Below are positions 5,808 through 10,177 of a stretch of DNA of 10,177 nucleotides, piece by piece. Position 1 is the stretch's first letter; every line of letters begins with the position of its first letter. The DNA comes from Bacteriovoracaceae bacterium (lineage in GTDB: Bacteria > Bdellovibrionota > Bacteriovoracia > Bacteriovoracales > Bacteriovoracaceae): contig JBMYPC010000112.1 of NCBI GenBank assembly GCA_049599895.1, positions 1 to 10,177 on the forward strand, given 5' to 3'. The notes beneath the pieces were generated by a model, which was given only the letters and a program-made list of their open reading frames with translations, made no database searches and was not told where the DNA came from. Both the position numbers and the translations under genes were made by a program.

Positions 5808-7811
5808 ATGAAAATGGATAAACATAAAGAAAATTATCTAAAAGTCATTCTTGGTCTATTTTCTATGACCTTGATGATTTACATTGGATCAACATTATTT
5901 AAAAAAGCAAGAGTCGATTTTACTGAAGAAAATCTTTATACACTTTCGGATGGTACTAAATCTATTCTTTCTAAATTGGATTCGCCTATAAAATTGAAGT
6001 TATATTACTCAAAGACAGCGGCGAACAAAGGGACTGAGGGGTTACGAGCATTTAATAATCATTACCTCTATGTTCAGGAGCTTCTACGTCAATATGTCGG
6101 CAACTCAAGAAATAACCTCAGCTTAGAAGTTATCGACCCTCGACCTGACACTCCCGAAGAAGAAGATGCAACGGCCTATGGGTTAAAGAAGTTTAATCTG
6201 ACAGAAACGGAAAGATATTTCTTTGGCCTTGTTGCTGAAAATGAGTCTGGTACGGAAAAAATCATAGAGTTTTTTGATCCCAACCAAAAGGATAAACTCG
6301 AATATGATTTAACAAAACTAATCTATACGGTACTTAATCCTCAAAAGAAAAATATTGGTATTATTTCTTCAATGGAGGTTATGACTGAAAACCTAAGTCC
6401 TTATATGGCGCAAATTATGCGAATGCAAGGAAAGGACGTTAATGAATCTTGGGTTGTTACTAAGATGTTGTCTGAGTTCTACAATGTGAAGAAGATTGAA
6501 AAAGATACTAAGTCTATTTCTGGTGTCGATTCATTAGTTGTAATTCACCCAAAAGGGTTTTCAGAGCAAACACTTTTTGCGATAGACCAATATGTAATGA
6601 AAGGTGGAAATCTCCTTGTCTTTGTTGATCCAAATGCTGTTAGTGATAGGAGTGCTGGAATGTATGGTGGAGTATCTAATTCACCAGATGCAGGCTTTAA
6701 AAAGCTAATGGATAAATGGGGAGTGGAATTAAAGGCCAATTCCTACGCTGGTGATAAATACCTAAGTGGAGTTGGTAGATTCAATCCAAATATGCCAGCA
6801 GGAAGACTTCTTGCCCTTTTAAACTGTAATGAGCATTGTACAAATGAGTATAAAGATAATGTTACTTCAGGAATTAATAATTCGACATTTGTATATCCTG
6901 GAGTTTTGGAAACTAAAACTATTGAAGGCGTAAAACATACTCCTATCATGTCAACGACCGCTAAAGGTAACAGTTATACTGCAGTGGGGTATGAATTAAA
7001 CAATCCGAGGGCTCTGTGGAATAAGTTTTCAGAGGGATCTAAGCCTGTTGTTATCGCATACAAAGCAATGGGGAAATATAAGACTGCTTTCCCTGATGGG
7101 GTTAAGCTTACTGAAGCTAAAGATGACAAAAAGAAAAAGAAGTCAAAAAAGAAAGAAAAGGAAAAGAAAGTTGACGTCGTTAAAGAATCAACTAAGGAAA
7201 GCGCTGTAATCGTATTTTCTGATGTCGATTTTATTAATGACCAGTTTGCTTTTAAAAAGACATTTTTAGGATTGGCAGCGGCAAATGATAATAGCACTCT
7301 ATTCTTGAATAGTGTTGAGGCCCTCACAGGTGATGTTGATTTAATGAGTGTTAGATCAAAGGGGCGTATCAATCGCTCATTTGATGTTATTAACCAAATA
7401 GAATTTGAAGCAGAGAAGAGAACTGCTGATAAGGTTAAAGAAATCAATGCAAGTATTGGAAGGTTTCAAGCAGAGTTAAATCAGCTTGGTAAGAAAGCAA
7501 ACGAAGGAAATATTGCTCTTCTGCAAAATGAGGGGATTAGAAAGAAGAAGGAACTTGCAAAGAAGATTGCAGTTCTTAAAAAAGAGCTTCGTGCTGTAAA
7601 GCGAGAAGGGCGTGAGAAAGTTGAAGGGATTGGAAAGTTCTTTCAATACCTTAATACACTATTTGTTCCAATCTTTATTATAGGGTTTGGTGTGTACTAC
7701 AACAGAAAGCGAAGTCGTTTGATGCAGGGCCGTAGGTTAACTAAAAAGAATGGAACAGATAATAAACAGTCAGCTCGACTCGATAATTTAAAGGCGGAGG
7801 TGAATGTATGA
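5808..7811 (+). CDS. GldG-like ABC transporter auxiliary component (ABC_transp_aux domain) with a C-terminal coiled coil and TM
   Basis: R.D.TE..LYTLS.GTK.IL..LD.P, LEYDLT..I, L.V.HPK...LFAIDQYVMKGG.L.VFVDP, D.DF..D, N....LN.VE.L.GD..L..VRS motifs; N- and C-terminal TM segments. Confidence 0.92.
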   Translation: MKMDKHKENYLKVILGLFSMTLMIYIGSTLFKKARVDFTEENLYTLSDGTKSILSKLDSPIKLKLYYSKTAANKGTEGLRAFNNHYLYVQELLRQYVGNSRNNLSLEVIDPRPDTPEEEDATAYGLKKFNLTETERYFFGLVAENESGTEKIIEFFDPNQKDKLEYDLTKLIYTVLNPQKKNIGIISSMEVMTENLSPYMAQIMRMQGKDVNESWVVTKMLSEFYNVKKIEKDTKSISGVDSLVVIHPKGFSEQTLFAIDQYVMKGGNLLVFVDPNAVSDRSAGMYGGVSNSPDAGFKKLMDKWGVELKANSYAGDKYLSGVGRFNPNMPAGRLLALLNCNEHCTNEYKDNVTSGINNSTFVYPGVLETKTIEGVKHTPIMSTTAKGNSYTAVGYELNNPRALWNKFSEGSKPVVIAYKAMGKYKTAFPDGVKLTEAKDDKKKKKSKKKEKEKKVDVVKESTKESAVIVFSDVDFINDQFAFKKTFLGLAAANDNSTLFLNSVEALTGDVDLMSVRSKGRINRSFDVINQIEFEAEKRTADKVKEINASIGRFQAELNQLGKKANEGNIALLQNEGIRKKKELAKKIAVLKKELRAVKREGREKVEGIGKFFQYLNTLFVPIFIIGFGVYYNRKRSRLMQGRRLTKKNGTDNKQSARLDNLKAEVNV

Positions 7812-8836
7812 AATTAAAGACACTATCAATTTTTACAGCGGTTTTATTTGCAGCCTCTATCTTTGTTTATATGAATGAGAACAAAAGAGGAACTGACCTT
7901 TTGACAGGGAGTGACTATGTTAAAGGGCTTGATATAAATAAGGTTCAGAAAATTTCATTAAGCTTTAGTGGAGATAAAAAAATCACTTTCACTAGAGACT
8001 CTAATAGATTTGTCTTAGAGAATCATAAATCTTATCCTGCTTCTACAGACAAAGTTAATGACTTGATATACAAAATAGCGAGTATTCAAGTTAAAGAGAA
8101 AATAACTTCTGGTGCTGATGAAGACGATTTGAAGAATTATGAATTGAACAAGGATAAGAGAAAGTATCTTGTTGAGTTATTTGATAACGATGGAAAGAAG
8201 ACAGTTTCTTTTAGTGTTGGAAAATCTCACAAAGGAAAAGGAAATTACCTTTATAAAGAAGGAAAAAAGGAAATTTATCTTTCTCAAGAAAACCTTTGGC
8301 TTAATTCTTCCTACAAGGACTTCATTAATACAGTTTTGTTAGAGGTTAAAAAGGATGATATTGAAAAAGTATCTTTATCTTCTGATAAAACCATGGAAAT
8401 AGTTAAAAAGGACAAAGAATTCGTCGTAGAAGCTCCTACAGATAAGAAATACAAGAAAGAAAAAGCTGAGGAATATGCCAAAAGTTTTTCATCAGTAAGG
8501 TTTGATGATTTTTACTCTTTAACTGAGCCAAAGGTGCAAACACTTAACTTTAATAAAGATATAAAAATCAAGCTTAAGAATAAACTTATTTATAAGGTTA
8601 GTCTTGCTAAGGATAAAGAGGATCATTTTGTTAAACTTACGGCCCTGTTAGAAGAAGCTCCAAAGCAATTTGTTGTAAGACAGGATGATGGTAAAGAAGA
8701 ACTTCAAAAAATTGAAGATGTTATTAAGGCCCAAGGAGATGCACAACGTATTAATATGGAAAAAGGTGCATGGGTTTATAAAGTTAATAAGTCAGTTTAT
8801 GAAAAACTGGCCAAAGATTCCAAATTTTTCCTTTAA
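7808..8836 (+). CDS. DUF4340-like exported or membrane-anchored protein
   Basis: N-terminal hydrophobic segment, YPA...KV..L, L..Y.L, VG.....G.Y motifs. It holds the usual fourth position after GldA/F/G-like genes and has an ATGA overlap and SD GGAGGT. Confidence 0.8.
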   Translation: MKLKTLSIFTAVLFAASIFVYMNENKRGTDLLTGSDYVKGLDINKVQKISLSFSGDKKITFTRDSNRFVLENHKSYPASTDKVNDLIYKIASIQVKEKITSGADEDDLKNYELNKDKRKYLVELFDNDGKKTVSFSVGKSHKGKGNYLYKEGKKEIYLSQENLWLNSSYKDFINTVLLEVKKDDIEKVSLSSDKTMEIVKKDKEFVVEAPTDKKYKKEKAEEYAKSFSSVRFDDFYSLTEPKVQTLNFNKDIKIKLKNKLIYKVSLAKDKEDHFVKLTALLEEAPKQFVVRQDDGKEELQKIEDVIKAQGDAQRINMEKGAWVYKVNKSVYEKLAKDSKFFL

Positions 8837-8844
8837 TTAAAAAT

Positions 8845-8873
8845 GGAGGTAGATAGTTTCTACCTCCTTCTTT
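8845..8873 (+). terminator. Intrinsic terminator of the ABC operon
   Basis: Perfect 9-bp stem GGAGGTAGA-TAGTT-TCTACCTCC (8845-8867) followed by TTCTTT, 8 nt after the stop codon. Confidence 0.85.
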
Positions 8874-8932
8874 GTTCTAACAGTGTGTAATTGTAGAATA
8901 TAAAGCTCGTTTGCTATTAATGCCTTAATAGG

Positions 8933-9265
8933 CAATCATCTCTAGCAGGTAAAGCAATAAATTATACTTATAATGAATGGAAGTATTTAACGGTATTTTT
9001 GAATAGACCAGAAGTGGATATAAGTAATTGTGAAATTGAAAATGCGATTAGGCCATTTGCCGTTGGACGGAAAAACTGGTTATTTAGTATAAGCGTTGAT
9101 GGAGCGAAAACAAGTGCAATGTATTACTCAATAATTGAAACAGCAAAAGCAAATGGATTTGAGCCTTTTGACTATTTATCAAAAATGTTAGATAAACTGC
9201 CTCAAGCTGAAACTATTGAGGATTATCAGCGATTACTTCCCTTTAAAGACCAGTTCTTGGCCTAA
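8933..9265 (+). pseudogene. tnpC: IS66-family transposase, C-terminal fragment
   Basis: The frame extends upstream of 8999: SLAGKAINYTYNEWKYLTVFL....DISNCEIENAIRPFAVGRKNWLF...GA..SA..YSIIETAKANG.EP.DYL...LLP is the IS66 TnpC C-terminus. An in-frame stop lies at 8918-8920. Confidence 0.92.
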
Positions 9266-9323
9266 ACTTACAATCTTATATTAAAAATTTAAATGAAGAT
9301 AGGTGGGATCATGGAGCGCTTAC
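8933..9323 (+). mobile_element. IS66-family remnant retaining its right terminal inverted repeat
   Basis: Ends GGGATCATGGAGCGCTTAC at 9323, whose reverse complement starts GTAAGCG, the typical IS66 terminus. The left end, tnpA/tnpB and most of tnpC are absent. Confidence 0.85.
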
Positions 9324-9324
9324 C

Positions 9325-9672
9325 AATAAGGATGAGAAAAAGTATTTTCCAATACGATCTAATGATAAAATTCGACTTGGTTCAAGCTTGAGTGTCTTAT
9401 CTCAGGCATTAGTGGACTTAGGTAAGAAGTTGAATTGTGAAGACTTTAAGTTTGAACTAAATTATTACCGTCTATCAAATTCTAATTTGGACATTTTATT
9501 CATAGTTAATGTAATTGCTTCTCTTAGTAATCAGAACTCATTTACTGTGGAAAGTAGAGAAATGCTTTCAAGGTGTATTAAAAGCCTTGTACTTGAAGTA
9601 TCTCATGTCTATGGGACTACTGTTGAAAATGCAAAAGGAATCGTCGGAGATCATATGAGGTTAGCATCATGA
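9325..9672 (+). pseudogene. Hypothetical protein, probably 5'-truncated by IS66
   Basis: The frame of ORF 9388-9672 is open back to the IS66 end (NKDEKKYFPIRSNDKIRLGSS...), and the TTG at 9388 has no SD. Confidence 0.5.
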
Positions 9673-9803
9673 GTAAAGAAACTATGGATGAAGAAGTTGA
9701 TAAAGAGATTGAAGTTCATGTATACGAATATGAAATACAAGATCGCGCTAGTATTGTTACAAGAGCAAGCTTAGCAGATGAGGATTGCTTGTCACGCTTG
9801 TAA
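9669..9803 (+). CDS. Small acidic hypothetical protein (44 aa), not in the ORF track
   Basis: ATGA overlap with the upstream stop and GAGG upstream. Reads MSKETMDEEVDKEIEVHVYEYEIQDRASIVTRASLADEDCLSRL*. Confidence 0.5.
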   Translation: MSKETMDEEVDKEIEVHVYEYEIQDRASIVTRASLADEDCLSRL

Positions 9804-9828
9804 TAAGAATTTCAGAACCAAGAACAAC

Positions 9829-10177
9829 TCAGTTAAAATGAAATAATTTTAATCTATACTCATATGGACTTCGATTGCCAAGTGATGAGTGCTTTCTTTT
9901 CTTGTTGTACCAAACTTCAATATATTCAAAAACGAGAGCTCGAAGCTCTTGCTCTGTTGAGTAAGAGCGACGATAAATCCATTCTTTTTTCAAACTCCCA
10001 AACCACGACTCAACGTAAGCATTATCATAGCAATTTCCCTTGCGAGACATGCTAGGCTTAATGTCGTGATTCTTAAGCATCTTTCGATAGGCTTCACTCG
10101 CATACTGCGATCCTCGATCAGAATGAAAAATCACTTCCGCATCAGGACCAACTTTTTTCATCGCCATATCAAGCGAG
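9829..10177 (-). mobile_element. IS3-family transposase OrfB (DDE integrase core), 3' part; runs off the window edge
   Basis: IFHSDRGSQY, SMSRKGNCYDNAYVESWFGSLKKE, YIEVWYN.KR.HSSLG..SP motifs. The frame is open to the right edge. Confidence 0.95.

Noticed and set aside
6545..7447. Minus-strand ORFs 6545-6739, 6743-6949 and 6974-7447
   Set aside because: Antisense to the GldG-like gene. The Phe-rich stretch is just the complement of the poly-Lys codons.
4321..7811. Assignment as true gliding-motility gldA/gldF/gldG
   Set aside because: Family-level similarity only and no other gld/spr/T9SS genes in the window, so gene symbols are withheld.
9864..10055. Plus-strand 63-aa ORF
   Set aside because: Antisense to the IS3 transposase core.
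1..10177. CRISPR array, rRNA or reverse-transcriptase/retron system
   Set aside because: No regularly spaced direct repeats, rRNA-like sequence or RT motifs were seen by eye.

Overview
AT-rich accessory region, roughly one-third GC by eye. The small-gene content is reminiscent of Bdellovibrionota (Bacteriovorax/Halobacteriovorax-like), but the host is only an inference. IS3-family sequence sits at both edges: a terminal inverted repeat at 1-53 and a transposase 3' part from ~9850 to the end. The intact core (3331-8867) is an operon of an HPF/RaiA-fold-like small protein, a small heat-shock protein (Hsp20) with an N-terminal membrane anchor or signal, and a GldA/GldF/GldG/DUF4340-type ABC system. 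Upstream is a back-to-back pair of same-format promoter-like motifs (CTTGAC-N14-TACCA), whose other copy points to a second HPF-fold-like gene on the opposite strand. Around the core is a mosaic of partly broken genes: an IS-truncated DUF6445-like 2OG-Fe(II) oxygenase, a GNAT acetyltransferase, an HTH+Recombinase-domain protein with no catalytic domain starting in a tRNA-like/att-like junction, a 5'-truncated Mrr-like endonuclease, an IS66 3' remnant with its right end, and short phage/plasmid-like ORFs. All family calls come from motif recognition by eye; no searches were run.
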